Source: Podarcis filfolensis
Taxonomy: Eukaryota
Length of the DNA: 64,000 bases
Reading direction: 5' to 3' (one strand)
Assembly: GCA_964270895.1 (NCBI GenBank)
Contig: OZ185449.1
Both the position numbers and the translations under genes were made by a program. The first letter of the stretch is position 1. Every line of letters starts with the position of its first letter. The notes below the pieces were generated by a model. It made no database searches. It worked only from the letters and a program-made list of their open reading frames with translations, and was not told the DNA's origin. Below are positions 46,141 through 59,515 of this stretch, piece after piece.

Positions 46141-47640
46141 CTGTGCAGGATGTCAGAGGGATTGGTGGAAGTTGTCATTCAAAACATCTAGATGGCACCA
46201 GGTTGGTAGAGGCTGCTATGTGGCTGATAAACAATATAAACCCAAATTAAAAATTTAACAAATTATCTGAGTGCTGTTGAAAGTGCATTTATGCGCTCAT
46301 GTAAAAATATCCCCATGGGCACTGAAACACCAAGTAGTGTCTGACCCTTGCCATTCTACCCAGGGTGCTACTTGATTAGCCTGCTTATTGAGCATTCATT
46401 CTGATCTGTTTATTGGGAGATTAGAGGACACTGGATATTTAATGATGATTCATTCTGGTTTGCAGAAAGGTTAGATGATGCTATCAAAACAAGTATTATC
46501 CCACATTTTGCAGTGTTTCCTCATCATTTTCCTTATCACAAAGGCCTGATCTTTTGAAGGAAGCAGGGTAATTATTGCCAAGACCTCCCCATCAACTATA
46601 AATGTGCAACCTGAAGTTGTTGCTATATGACTGAATCCCACCTCAAGAGAATGACCGTCTGGAAGTGTCCATACTGCAGCTGGTGCAGTTTACTTTAAAT
46701 GGTTATGTGCCATGAAGATGTTAGGTTACTGGACAATCAGGTGTTTCTATTATAATAATTGTCTCGGGCTTAGTTATGATATTTTGATTTTGTGTTTGAA
46801 CAGCAAAAACTCACTGCCAACATTAGCAGGTGAGCCTAATTCTTAGGACCTTGCATCAAACTTCACCTGCTGGTTCCTGCAAATGAAGCTGCTGTTAAAG
46901 GCATAGGAGCAGCCCAGGGTGCATTTTCTGGTCAATTGACAACCATTACACATAACTTCTATCGTAATCTAATTTAGGTTGGAGATTAATAGGCTGTTGC
47001 CTACACGAATTCTGCCCGCACACAAACAAAAACCAATGAACACACCTGAAATTAACCATCTTCTATACCTGACCCCCGGAGGATAGAAATAATATAGCCA
47101 CATATCTGATCAGGTGACTATGCTACAAGAGGACTCTAGTGCCTCCAGAGGCTGACAAAACAAGTAACAGAAACACAGTATGCTTTTTTCTTTCTTTTAC
47201 AATAAAAACAATGCCTTGACATATGCCCCTTGCAGATGAGCGCAGGTAGATGTTACAGAGTGCTGCAAAACACCATAGTAAGTCACCACTGAATTCCGTG
47301 GGACTTAGGGCTACTCCAGGGTGATGGTTATTTTGTGGGTTTCTTCTGACATTAATAATGCATTAGTGGTGGATTTACACCAGACTATCAGCACCTTATT
47401 CCGCTTTATTAATTTTTCTACAATGCTTCCCTACTGTTACCACATTACTGCTACCTAGAGGGCACTCTTGCACTGCAGCACAACAAAAACAGGACCCCCT
47501 CAACACTCCCCCCCCCCCGGAACATTTGTGATATAAAAAGTTACAGGATGCCAGGGGAAAGCTACGGGATATGTCTACACTGAAACTTTTGCAGCTGCAA
47601 ACAGTATTGAAAAGCAGGATCGTGTATAACCTCCTGGTGT

Positions 47641-47730
47641 CATAGCTGTCAACTTTTCCCTTTTCTTGTGAGGAATCCTATTCGGAATAAGGGAATTTCC
47701 ATTAAAAAAGGGGAAACGTTGACAGCGATG
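47641..47730. mobile_element. 90-bp hAT MITE, copy 3
   Basis: Same family as 17812 and 40742. TSD cctggtgt/ccttgtgt with one mismatch. Confidence 0.88.
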
Positions 47731-47852
47731 CCTTGTGTCCATCATGAATGCACAATAAAAATGACATCTGCAGAGACCCTTTACTTCTTAGGAAGAATTC
47801 TGTAAACTACCCTGTTAGCTTCTGTGTGTGGAATTTAGGCACATACAGTATA

Positions 47853-48094
47853 CAGTGTTACCTCGGTTTACATATGCTTCAGGTTACATACGCTTCAGGT
47901 TACAGACTCCGCTAACCCAGAAATAGTACCTCAGGTTAAGAACTTTGCTTCAGGATGAGAACAAAAATCGTGCAGTGGCGGTGCAGCAGCAGCAGGAGGC
48001 CCCATTGGCTAAAGTGATGCTTCAGGTTAAGAACAGTTTCAGGTTAAGAATGGACCTCCGGAACGAATTAAGTACTTAACCCGAGGTACCACTG
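47853..48094. mobile_element. Tc1/mariner-type MITE, copy 2
   Basis: TA|CAGTGTTACCTC...GAGGTACCACTG|TA. Confidence 0.92.
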
Positions 48095-48151
48095 TACTGA
48101 GTTAGTCCATCTTAGCTCAGTATTGCTGACACTGGCAGTAGCTCTGTAGGG

Positions 48152-48418
48152 CAGGGGTCAGCAAACTTTTTCAGCAGGGGGCTGGTCCACTGTCTCTCAG
48201 ACCTTGTGGGGGGCCAGACTATTTTTCTATTTTGGGGGGGGGGGCGGGGCGTGAACGAATTCCTATGCCCCAGAAATAACATTTTAAGAGATGCATTTTA
48301 AATAAAAGGACACATTCTACTCATCTAAGAACAAACTGATTCCCAGACTGTCCGCGGGTTGGATTGAGAAGGCGACTGGGCCGGATCCAGCCCCCGGGCC
48401 TTAGTTTGCCTACCCATG
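48152..48418 (-). mobile_element. hAT MITE of the 363-612 family, inserted in a SINE
   Basis: CAGGGGTCAGCAAAC...GTTTGCCTACCCATG. TSD ctgtaggg/ctctaggg. Confidence 0.85.
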
Positions 48419-49058
48419 CTCTAGGGTCTCAGAAGGAGGACATTCTCTACCTGAAAATGCTGGAGATGGAAACTATTGCATGCAGAGAAGGTGCTATACC
48501 ACTACTGAGCTTATTGCCCTTCACCTCAGCGGTACATTGTATTTGCACATTTTTGCCCCATCTTTACATATTTCCTCTATTTGGCCCCAAAAGGCAAAGT
48601 ATATTTTTTAAAAAAACAAGCAGACAAAACTTTTGCCAGAGCAGTGGTGATAAAATGAAAGGTGTATGTGGTTCTGGTTCTGCACCTACTTAATTTCTAT
48701 GTGTCCAGATGCTGTGACAGGCAAAGGAGTAATTCTTTAGGGAAAAGGATCAGGTGGGCTGCTTTTAACTGGCTGTCCATGGGTTTGCCATCTCTTAAGT
48801 GCACATTTCTTCTGTTCTGATATTCATGCTTTTGCAAGAAATTTCTCCATATATAATGCATGTTTTCTTCACTAATGTTTTGCAACACTGTCTTCTGATA
48901 TACACATTTACACTTTTTTTGCTATGAGAATTGCACTGCAAAATTAAGTCGTGAGAAATTTGAACAGCAGCTATATTCTGTTTGTATATCATTTGAGGGC
49001 ATGTTTGTATTAAAATGTGAACTGAACTGAAATTCTCCCCCATCTCTATCTTTCACAG

Positions 49059-49162
49059 GCAATCGAGAATTGCTGCATCCTTCTGCAGTGGCCCCATGGG
49101 ATGAAACAATGAACTTCAAAAGGTGCCTTCTCAGTGAAGGTCCTTCAGGCCCTAGACAAGAG
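49059..49162 (+). other. Candidate exon; 3' boundary uncertain (49122 or 49162)
   Basis: Strong acceptor actgaactgaaattctcccccatctctatctttcacag|G. Weaker donors AAG|gtgcct and GAG|gtggga. Open in phase 1 (GNRELLHPSAVAPWDETMNFKRCLLSEGPSGPRQE). Confidence 0.35.
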
Positions 49163-52100
49163 GTGGGAGGAGCCTCAGAGCTGGGGCCCAAATGCGGCCC
49201 ACAATGCCTTTCTGTTTGGCCCTTGGAACTCTCCCTGGTCCTCACACACACCCCTGTTCCCAGCCTACACTGCTCACTAGCCCTGCTGCACATTCCAAGT
49301 GCCTTGAATGTGTCCCTGACCTCCAATAATGCCTCTTAGTTGTGTGCATGGAAAACAAGAGGGATCTGTAATTGTGTGTAGAACTTAGCCTACTGTAAAA
49401 AAGGTAAAAATTGCATTTGTTGCACTGCCCACTTTTATTTGTGGGTCCACCCACCCACCACTGGCATGTCATGGTGGGCATGGAAGGTTGCCCCAGAAGG
49501 AAAGTAGTCCTTGGATTGAAAAGGGTTCCCTTCTTCTGCCCTAGACTGATTTTGCTCGTCCATGCTGACTGTTGAATGGTTGGCAGGGCCAGCTGTTCTG
49601 ATTAGGATTTGCTTGAGGAACAAGTTTTTTATGAGCTCTGATGCAGCCCTTTGTTCTTCATCCTTTTGTTCTTACTTCTGGCTTGCTCCTTGACATGCCA
49701 CTTTGTAAACCACTTTGAGGGTGTGTGGGTTTTTTGTGGTTTTTGTGGTGTTTTTTTGTTTTGTTTTTTGTTCTGTTTGTTTTACAATCAAGCAGTGTAT
49801 AAATTTTATAAAATAAATAAAGGCCTCCTGAGCTGTCCTTTGGACTCAAGCAATAGTGATCAGATCCATGCATCAAAATGTATCATACAATGAGGTGATT
49901 AATGTATGCAAAAGCTGCATTTTGAATCGGGCTATAAATGCAAGGGGGTAGGAAGCATTCAAATATCGAAAAAATAGGCAGGGGAGCCTGAATATGCTTC
50001 TTGTCTGGGGCGCCATTTAGTCTGAGGCTCGTCTTTGCCTAGTGATATCAAAGGTGACAGGCCAGCTCACTGGAAGAGAATGGAGCAAAGGGGAGCCGGG
50101 TTCTATTTATTTCTGAGAGAAATCTCACATCAAATACCAGAGAAAGTGGCTGTTGAAGGAGGCAGTACTGTCTATTTCTCTTGACTGAAGTGCTTCCTTT
50201 GATAATGCCTTAGGGAACGGGAGACGCCGAGTCCGCACAGAACGGAAAGGGAACAGAGGTTGTTGTCTCCTAGGCACCAGCTTTTTATATATTTCCTCCT
50301 GCTTGGACTTCTCCTTGCTCTTCTACTCCTCCCACCCCATATAAAATAAATTAGAAACAGGAGATGGACCCTTTCCCCTCCAGGCCATGATTTCAAAGCC
50401 TGTTGTGTAAATCAAATCCTGATATTAAACTGCTAAGGTGAACTGGATGGACCTTGACCGAGTACTGGGGGCATTTGTGTCTGTGTGTAGTGTCAAAATG
50501 CTCCCTGGAGGAGCAGGGTTGCTATTGAAATAACCTACCCAGTCAAAGATTAGGGATGGAGGAGAAATCCAGTTGTTTGCATTTAAAGGTGAACCTACCT
50601 TATTCACATTTTCTGAAACACAGTAAACCTACAATAATTGAACTTCTCCAACTATTGGACCCCAGCATAGCATTACTGATGCATGCAATGCCAGGCGTTG
50701 GGCCCAGAGGTATTCTGTGGGTAACGTAAGATGGCAGCTGCCTTGCCTTGCACTTTTCCTCTCAAAGCCAGGCACTCCTGAGTGATACAGTTACCAGTCT
50801 CACCACCAGTCCCCACTGTGGCTGATCTGACCACTGAAATGCCTGGCAACCCCATTGCCTCGTTTGACAGGAAGGGGATGTGAGGCTTTCCCTGGAAGTT
50901 CCCATTGGAGAAAACCTTGCCCAGGACACACACACACTCTCTCTGGCCTTCATGACCATTATTTTGGGTATGTACTTACTGGAATCACCGACTTAACGCT
51001 TTGGAAGTGTACCATCTCCCAAAGTGGTCACAAAGTTTTCAGACAACTCAGGATCAATAAAAATCTATGGAATATAGCAGAATGCTTCCTGCTGTGGCCT
51101 TACCTCCAATGAATTGGGTTGCCCACTATGGGAACAGACAGCTGGTCTACATGTGCCTTTAGCCTGATGATCTAGCAAGACTTTTCTTATGGAGGAAGCC
51201 TGAGCACCAGCTGCTATCATCCTAAACTCCTTGTTCTTACCCTAACCTTCTTCCAGGGCTGGCTCAATACATTTTGGCATCTGAGGTGAACCACACAATG
51301 GCACTCCCACCCTGCTACCACCAGCAAAATGACATGGAGGTGATGGTGTGGAATAAATTTTGCTTTATGTGTATGAAGTACAAAACCAGACTTCTAAGCA
51401 CAACTCCAATACATACCACTCTGTAGTCCCCACACACTGAAGCACACAAGCATCAAGTTGCAGTGTTTTGGGCCTTTGTAGTTTTCAAGGTTACATACTT
51501 TTAGCATTCCAATTTTGATACCAAGGATAATTGTGTAAGCTCTGGGTTGCTCCCACCTTGTCTGCCCAATGCACATGGTAACACACTCAGCTATCAGGTT
51601 CAAATCCCAGCTTCCCCATAAAGCTCACATGGTCACCTTGAGTCAATTACAGCCTCACAGCCTAACCTACCTTACAGGATTGTTGTGAGCAAAAAATGGG
51701 GGAGGGTTATCAGCAGCATCTGCTGAGGTCAACTGGTGGAGGAAGTGTGTGTGTGTGTGTGTGTAGATAATAGAATTATAAATTGTAGAGCTGGAAGAGA
51801 CATAAAGGAATCTTCAGCAGCGAGATGGCCTGGTCATTTCCTGAAGTCTTGCAGACCTCATGGGCAGACTACTGAAATCCAGACCTCTATTACACACGGA
51901 GTTCACATGGTAGACTAAGTGTTTCCAGTTTATTTGTATAGAAACACAAAGATGGCTTGTTTAAGCCACACAACCATCTGGACTTGGAGTGATCAGCAAA
52001 GATGTCCTTCCTGGTCAGTTACATAGTGCAAAAAAGGGAGACAAAAAACAAACGGACTTGATTTCCTTCCTTCCTTCCAAGGTGAGGGGGCATGACCTAG

Positions 52101-52618
52101 TTAAGTCTGGGAAAACAGCTTACTCTATGGGCTTAACCCCTTCATGCACTTACTAGAGCTAAGCATGCTGGTTACAGTATACCGGTATGTGGCTGATTTG
52201 TCCCACAGGTCTGTTGTACCTGTTGCATGCAGAGCAGATGCTCTTCCAATGAGCTACAACCTTTCCCATAGACATTGGAGGCATGAGTTTTCTGCTGTAC
52301 ATAGAAGGAGGCTGGGATGGTTTCCCTTTAGAAATGTTGTTTAATGAAGTAAGAACAGCAGGTGCCTCAACGTTTTGAAGAAACCCCAAGACGCTGAAGT
52401 ATCAGTGATAATGGTCCAGGTAGGTGAAAACACTGGGGTCTAATTTGATCAGTAGAATGTTTGGTATCTGGTGGGCGGGGCTTGTGTGTTTTTCTCCGGA
52501 ATCAGCCCCTCCCTTCAGTCTGTGTTCCGTTAAGAATGTCAGTTAAGAGGGACCAACTGCCTCTTCTTGCTTTTTGCCTCAGACTTACCTCATGTTGTTG
52601 TATTTAGTTTCTCTCATT

Positions 52619-52968
52619 GAGTGCTGGATTTAGGTTTGATGAGGCCCTAAGCTACTGAAGGTAATGGGGCCCTTTATATGTCCAGCTGTCCTTTGTCAAC
52701 AACAAATTGTCGCTGTTTTTTGTGTTGAATATATGCTATATGGTAATTTATGGACCTAATAGGTATCTAAAGCCATTTGCAGATAATAAACAGGAACCTA
52801 CAAAACACAAAACACTGTTGCTGTATGTAGGTTTTATTTTATTTGTTTTTTATCTTGTATTTTGGAAATGTACATCCAGGTTTTTTCCCCTTTAATTTTT
52901 TGGGGGGACCCCAAGAGAGTGGAGCCCTAAGCTATAGCTTGTTTAGCTTATACGTAAATCCAGCACTG
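52619..52968. mobile_element. Non-autonomous DNA transposon, ~350 bp
   Basis: TIR (G)AGTGCTGGATTTA / TAAATCCAGCACTG. TSD unclear. Confidence 0.65.
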
Positions 52969-53329
52969 AGAGTCTCATTATGTTATTTTGTTACAGTTTT
53001 CTTTATTATTAAAGCTTAGTTTAGATATATGTGAGCCACTTATTTTTCTCAAAGGAAGAGAAGCTCTGCTGAAGAATGGTGGAATATCTTAAACTTGGGT
53101 GGGTGAGGGGATATTCCCAGTTTGCCAGGAGGACTGATTTTGCTAATCACCCCCACCCAGCTCCAGTTGCCAAGGTAACAGTGCCATCCTTGTGACATCT
53201 CTTGCTGCTGGCTTAAAAATCATCAATGTGGGAATGTGACATGTTAGAGAAAGGGGAGGAACTAAAGAGTGAGGCTAGGAGAGAAGTGTTATTTGTTTTA
53301 GTTACTTAAATTTTTAGGGGTGGGGCAGA

Positions 53330-53500
53330 GTACTCTGGGAAACCAACCTAGGTATACAAATCTCAAACAAAAATTGGAAAGGGCTATGGATCAAGAAACC
53401 ATTGAAATCATTCTGCTCCAAGATCTGGAAATCCACCCTGAAGCTACTACATAGATAGTCCAACACACCAGCACAGCTCTCTAGAATTTCCAAGTTAATC
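53330..53500 (+). mobile_element. Degenerate L1-clade LINE ORF2 C-terminal fragment
   Basis: Translates to LWETNLGIQISNKNWKGLWIKKPLKSFCSKIWKSTLKLLHR*, resembling the WE.DLG...W...W....KIIHRWY motif of vertebrate L1. Confidence 0.55.
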
Positions 53501-54588
53501 AAGCCTGCTGGCAGAGATGTAACACTCTAGGTACCTATGTCCACATGTGGTGGCATTGGGGAGGTTGTAAAAATATTTTTGGTTGTGGGGGGCGGTTAAT
53601 GTAAATAATGTGTGGAATGATAATAGATATGACACCTGAACTAGCATTGTTGGGCATAAGAGCTACCCACCCTCAGGGATCACTGAACAATGATTTGCTC
53701 TCCTTTGTGTTAATGGTAGCGAGCATGGAAGTTGCCAAGTGTCGGAAACATGAGGAAGGTTTAAATATTGTATCCAAATAATATGGTAAGTAGCATTGGC
53801 TGAGAAACTGATAAGCAGACTCAAAGCTGCCAGAGGAAATTCTAGTCCCTTTTCATTTTATAATACTTGGCAATCATCAATGGTTTTTGTAAAGAAACCA
53901 GAACATGACAGAAATAAATCCTCCTTCAGTGCACACAAGAATATGGCCAGACCTTTTGAAATAATTTTTGAAATGTTTATTATAAGATATTGTACACACT
54001 GATCAGTATGAGTTTCGTAATTTGTTGTTATATGTGTTCCATGTAATTGGCAGTTATAGTGATAGTTTTGTTGCATTATGATGGGCAGATGTTGTATGTA
54101 CAGTGTACACCATCCTGAAATCCTTTCATGACTGGCAGTATAAAAAATGTTTCAAATAAATAATGCAAAACTGTTATCCTTCTGGACTTTAGGAATGTCT
54201 GTCTTTTGTTAATGTCTTTGACAGACGTTCAGGTTTCTAGAGGACTTGTCAATATGCTAAGCCTATAGATAGTCCTTGTTCCCTGCCCTTGAATGTATGT
54301 TTTACTTACATTGTTCTCTCCGTGAATTATGCTGTACCTGATTTCTTACGGTTTGAGAGTGATGAGAAGCCATTTCCTTGGTCTTCTACTCTTGTGTTCT
54401 TTTTATGAGTGATTTGGCCAAATTGTTGATGATGCCTGCCAATGTGAGCTAGTGTGAAAGAAGCTTTGGAATGCCCCTGAGGATTTGGCAATACAATGGT
54501 GTTATCCACCACAGCTGGGAAAGCACTGCATATATTTGCCAGCCTGGTGTTGGGATCTACTCTAGGAAGCTGTCCTCTGATGCTCTAT

Positions 54589-54655
54589 ATGTTATGTTAT
54601 GTTATGTTATGTTATGTTATGTTATGTTATGTTATGTTATGTTATGTTATGTTAT
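54589..54655. repeat. (GTTAT)n pentanucleotide microsatellite, ~13 units
   Basis: Seen directly. Confidence 0.95.
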
Positions 54656-54918
54656 CTGTGTTGTTCAAGACCTAGAAGCTTGGGTGGTGTCTGAAGAAAA
54701 TCAACACCCAGGATTTGGGGTTGCTGTTTGCTTTCCAAAGAAGCCAAGAATAGTCTCATGCTTTCTCTTAGATGGGATGTTCCTGGGACTGGGGCATAGA
54801 CCCATGGCTCAAACCTGCATATGCTAATTTATATGTATTAGATGTCTTTAGCAAATTAAGATGGCAGGTGGATGGGGCCTTTGCAATGTACCCAGCTCCC
54901 CTCACCATCTAGTAAGTA

Positions 54919-55635
54919 CCGTATTTTTCCCTCTATAACACGCAGATTTTTTCTCCTAAAAAGGAAGGGGAAATGTCTGTGCGTGTTATTGAGCGAATGT
55001 GTGGTCCCTGGAGCCAAATGGCAAAAAAAATCAGGCAAAAATCAAATCGCGCGTCTCGGAGAAGGGAAACCTGAAAAGAGGAAGTGGCTGCTTTCCTGCA
55101 TTCTGCCTCAGGGTCTTACTGCCCACCCTCCTCTGTTTCCTTGCTGTGTTTGCTCAAACGGAACAAAGAGCAGGGAAAGGCCCTCCCCTCCAGGCAAGCA
55201 GAGTGTCGTCTCTGTGCTCCGGTGCTGCTGAAAACATGCAGGAGGGAGGGAGGGAGAGAGAGAGAGCTGGCTGGCTTGGGTGGGTAGGTGAGGGAAAACT
55301 TTTGCCTTCCTTTCCTCCCTCCCGTTATACCCCTCTCCTGCATTCTTAGCCAGCTGCTTCTCTGCACACCCCTCTCGTGCTCCTTGTCCATTCTGTATTT
55401 TTCCTTCCTTCCCCACTTAAAATGTGGTTAAAAAGCATGGATCCACATGGATCCTCAGGATCTTTGCATTGGGTCACCCCAAATTCACCATCAGATCACA
55501 TGTCTGTGGCCACAGCATGAAGCACAAAAATGATACATCCACTGTTTCATTCAGAATGTTTTTTCCCTTGTTTTCCTCCTCTAAAAACGATGTGCGTGTT
55601 ATGGTCAGGTGCGTGTTATCGAGCGAAAAATACGG
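54919..55635. mobile_element. 717-bp Tc1/mariner (pogo/Tigger-like) non-autonomous element
   Basis: TA|CCGTATTTTTCCCTCTATAACACGCA...TGCGTGTTATCGAGCGAAAAATACGG|TA with subterminal repeats. Confidence 0.88.
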
Positions 55636-57329
55636 TAATAATGATATTCTTCCATGCCACCCCAATCTCAGAGTGATGTGAGATTCCAGGGGTTTCAGGC
55701 ACTTCCCCAGGGTTCATGTTTCCTTTTGGAAAGAGGCACAGCAGAGACTGTGGTGCCTTTATTATATATGGTATATATTTACACATATATACAACCTGAG
55801 TCAATGATAGAGGGGTACACAGCATTAACACCCCTAAAGAGTCAATTTTCTGCATAACTGCAGCTTTGGATTCAAACAGAGATCAGACATTGCTCTCAAA
55901 CATTGCTCATATCCTTTCTCCAGTTTGCTGCTTTATTTCTAGGTCACATCAATGGAAAACTCCAAACTCATAACAATATAATAATAAGTCTAATAAAAAA
56001 TTTAAAGGGAGGGAGGCTCAGTGCAAAAGACTAAGGTCACAGAACTCTGAGCCACTCCCTAATGATGTCCATGCTCTTAGATGGGGATGGGAGACCTCAG
56101 ACCAAGAGACCAAATGTGGCCCACCAGACCTTTCTGTCCAGCCCTTGGGACTCCCCCCAGACCACACCCCCTTCTCAGCCATACCCACTTTCCACAGGTC
56201 ATGCCCCACATCAGCCTTACTTCACATTCTCCTTGCTCAGAAGTGTCTTTGAATGCTGGCAATGCCTTTTGCTTGTGCAGTTGGAAAATAGAGAATGGTG
56301 TGTGAAGACACTAGCATACTGTGCGGAAGTAAAATTTACATTCATTGCTCTGACCACTTTCACTCCAAAGGCCACCTACCACTGGCATGTGGCTTTTAGA
56401 AGGCTGTCCAGAAAGGGAATGCAACCTTTGGTTGGAAGGAAAGGTTCCCCACTTCTGTCTTGGATGCTCTATACAGAAAGAAAAAGGAAGCACTACTTAG
56501 GGGCAAATGCCTGACTACACCACCCTCTGAAGTGTGGCAAGACTAGTGCATGTCTCTAGCAGTCTCTCACAAGCCTTTAAGAGTGTGCATAGAGCCTCCA
56601 CATCTCCAGATCTAACTCCAGCATGGCACCTTTTCTCCTGGGGCAGATGAGAGGTGAGGTATGGATGTGAAGCTGATATGAATTAGGACCATGTTGGGGG
56701 CAAATAGCGAAATCTATTTTCTCCATGCCATGGCCCTAGTCAGGCTCCCTCACTCTTGCTGTTAGGCAAGAAAAAACAAGTGCAGAAATGCTAATTACTG
56801 GCTTAACACAAACTGTTGTTTGGCCCAAAATCTGCATTTCTTAAACTTATGATAATGGAGGCTCACTTTCCCCACTCTGAACTAAAACCAGGTGCATTGC
56901 TTGGGGCTATTCATGCCTGGATCTGAAAAGTAGGCCTATAACCCAGTGTTGTTTGTTGTTGTTGTTGTTGTTTTAAAAAAACAAAATGATAAATCGTATT
57001 AGATTCATTGTGCAGTTCTATACATGCCTACTCAAAAGTTAGACTCACTGAGTTTATTCAGGTTTATTCCCAGGTAAATGGCCTGTCAGGCCAGGGGGAG
57101 GTACATAAGCTGGTGGAGGAGGCACAGTCCCCTGTTGCATTAACTGCTCCATACAGCGCAGACCTGGGAATAGCTGTCTAGACGCTAGACTGCTACGTGG
57201 GGGTATTCAGAGCTATAGGAACAACTCTTAAGTGTTAGCTTTGACAATAAAGAGTTAACTATTTGCTGTGTGCATTCCTTTGGCTAGGGAGCACCCTTGA
57301 CACAATTGACCGAAGCTAATTGGAAGGAG

Positions 57330-57680
57330 GGGACTTGGGTGGCACTGTGGGTTAAACCACAGAGCCTAGGACTTGCCGATCAGAAGGTCGGCGGTTCGAA
57401 TCCCCGCGACGGGGTGAGCTCCCGTTGCTCGCTCCCTGCTCCTGCCAACCTAGCAGTTCAAAAGCACGCCAAAGTGTAAGTAGATAAATAGGTACCGCTC
57501 CGGCGGGAATGTAAACAGCGTTTCCGTGCGCTGCTCTGGTTCGCCAGAAGTGGCTTAGTCATGCTGGCCACATGACCCGGAAGCTGTACGCTGGCTCCCT
57601 CGGCCAATAAAGCGAGATGAGCACCGCAATCCCAGTGTCGGACACAACTGGACCTAATGGTCAGGGGTCCCTTTACCTTA
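57330..57680 (+). mobile_element. Full-length Sauria-type SINE
   Basis: Typical head and tail. 14-bp TSD ctaattggaaggag/ctaattgaaaggag. Confidence 0.93.
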
Positions 57681-59289
57681 CTAATTGAAAGGAGGCATGG
57701 ACAAATCAGTAACTCATGACTAGCTGGATGTGCATGTGTTTCGTACACTGAAATAAATATATTTAGGATTTGGGGGTGCCCCCCTGCCCCACAGACACTC
57801 ATGACAAAAAAGACCTTAAAGACCCTGTAGAGTCACTGTAACATAGGACAGCATCCTACATTCAAAATATTATTTTTTAATCAAGTCACAACATTGAGGT
57901 GCTCTGAAATGCACTTGCACATTGCATGCAATTAGGCTACTCACTTATAGGAGCAGGTGCAGCCTTCCAGATCTTGTCACATGCTTCTCAGGAAGATTTA
58001 CAACTGGGGTTCATCCTAGCATCCTCCCTAAAAGCTATGGGAGCTTTTATCTGTTGTTCAGGTTGATCACAGGTGCCAGTATTAGCCAGGATCCATATGC
58101 CTAGAGGAACAGAGACTGGGTGCTTCTGTGATATACTGCAAGCAATTATGAGCATTACTTCTGAACATCTTCCATGAACCTTTTGATTTCTTAGAGGAGA
58201 CCTCTTTAATGAAAAGTAGGACAGTCATGCCCAGAAACAATATTGTGCCCCAAAAGCTACATTTCCCCCTTAATCCAGAGGTGCGGGGCAGGAAAACCTT
58301 GGAAAGGAATCAGTTACATAACTCTTTGCTAATGAATCATCTGCCTTTTAAGCAGCTACTCAACTCAGTAATAAAATTTAAATAAACATGTATGTATGTT
58401 GCCTCACAAGAGGTGCATTATTGGAGGAAGAATAAGATAATGAACAATTTAATGAACAAAACTTACCATTGTTGTTGTTACAAGGCAAGGTCCTTGTTAA
58501 AGCTCTTCCTAGTTTTCTTTTAAAGAACAGATGGGGAACTTGTGGCCCTCCAGATTTTATTGGACAACAAACTCCCATAATTCCCAGTCAACATGGTCAG
58601 TGGTCCAGCATCATGTGGAGGGTCACAGGTTTCCCAACCATATTTTACATTTGTACACCAGAATCAAGTAACTTTAATTAATAGTTAAATAACTTTAGAT
58701 AATAATAATTAGGAATTATTCTTTACTTGCAGTCCAACCAATTAAAATTTGGTCCTGCCAATTAAAACTACCACCACACACTAATTACTAGATTGTCATC
58801 CATTCATCTACCAATCAAAGCAATTAAAGCTCTAATTTGAACAGAGCCATGCAAAATTGCCATAGAAATGGTCCAGTTATGTTGTCAGAAGCTACAGAGA
58901 AAAGATTCGTAGAAATGTAGAGTTGGAAGGGACCCTGAGGGTCATCTAGTCCAATCCCTTGCAGTGCAGGAATCTGTTGAATGGTTTTATTTCTGTTGCA
59001 TTGCCAGATTGAGGTCCCCTCCCTTGATGTTGTCACACCCTCAATAGCTCCTGCCCAGTAGCCATTAACCTAATTTAAAGCAACAGCTTGTGCTAGTACA
59101 GACATGCTACTTGTCTTCAGCTGCCTTTGCAACATCCAAGCAGATTCCGGAAAGCTGGAACAATCCCAATGCTGGAGAAGTGGCTCTCTAGAACATGAAA
59201 TTGTTTCACAATGCCAAGAGTTTCCCAGTAATGAAAAGTTGCAGGAGGGGATGAGAGAAACCCATATGTTACCAAATGATAGCTGTATA

Positions 59290-59515
59290 CAGTGGTACCT
59301 CGGGTTACAGACGCTTCAGGTTACAGACTCCGCTAACCCAGAAATAGTACCTCGGGTTAAGAACTTTGCTTCAGGATAAGAACAGAAATCGTGCTCTGGC
59401 AGCGCGGCAGCAGCAGGAGGCCCCATTAGCTAAAGTGATACCTCAGGTTAAGAACAGTTTCAGGTTAAGAACGGACCTCCAGAACGAATTAAGTTCCTAA
59501 CCCGAGGTATCACTG
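59290..59515. mobile_element. Tc1/mariner-type MITE, copy 3
   Basis: TA|CAGTGGTACCTCGGG...CCCGAGGTATCACTG|TA. Confidence 0.92.

Noticed and set aside
46442-46550. Box C/D snoRNA (ATGATGA ... CTGA)
   Set aside because: No terminal stem and no guide complementarity recognised; also overlaps an exon candidate.
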